64,000 nucleotides of DNA. Origin: Epiperipatus broadwayi (Eukaryota > Animalia > Onychophora). Shown here piece by piece: positions 63,689 to 64,000 of this stretch (positions are counted from its first letter, which is position 1; the number at the start of each line of letters is the position of its first letter). The stretch lies in the NCBI GenBank assembly GCA_028023455.1, contig JAQFVV010000005.1, positions 6,386,001 to 6,450,000 of the forward strand, in the 5' to 3' direction. Under the pieces are notes generated by a model, which saw only the letters and a list, made by a program, of their open reading frames with translations, did no database searches and was not told where the DNA came from. Position numbers and translations under genes: made by a program.

Positions 63689-64000
63689 AGACTTTTTTAT
63701 TCCTTCAATATATTATTTTAAAAACTTTAAAACATTCATTAATTTTTAATAACTTTATAACATTAATAATAATTATGACAAAATTATTTAATTTTATTAT
63801 AAATATGATGTAAACTGAAAGCTACATGTTGGTATATGAAGAATGCCTCTATTTCGAATATTTATGTATATACAACAAAATTAAATGTAGTTTCTTAACT
63901 TGATTTTCATTATGTTTATTAGATCTGCCTTTCTATAAAAAATGGATTTAAAACACCATATTAAAGATTTTATTTTTTATACATAAAAGAAATGCAAAAT

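Noticed and set aside
1-64000. CRISPR array, rRNA or prokaryotic operon
   Set aside because: There are no regularly spaced repeat-spacer arrays or rRNA signatures, and the content is eukaryotic repeat-rich DNA.

Overview
This is very AT-rich, CpG-depleted eukaryotic (probably invertebrate animal) DNA, and most of it is a stack of decayed transposable elements. The one clearly intact gene is a 710-aa tandem C2H2 zinc-finger ORF (30652-32784), with a decayed paralog at about 23.6-25.4 kb. Identifiable elements: two old Charlie/Buster-type hAT transposons and an hAT MITE; three Penelope-like retroelement (PLE) remnants with RT plus C-terminal GIY-YIG endonuclease; a 4.9-kb element with ~680-bp TIRs and an 8-bp TSD inside a Gypsy remnant; a second Gypsy remnant; RTE-type LINE fragments; and a tRNA-Gly-derived SINE family (3 copies). 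The most striking pattern is one insertion architecture repeated at eight loci: a fold-back palindrome, a one-sided 34-71 bp tail and a 10-16 bp target-site duplication. It occurs in a 2.8-kb head-to-head PLE and in seven non-coding elements from several sequence families. One of these carries a ~406-nt tandem unit with a non-canonical minimal type I hammerhead ribozyme motif, resembling a retrozyme. All alignments and folds were done by eye. No CRISPR array, rRNA or convincingly functional tRNA was seen.
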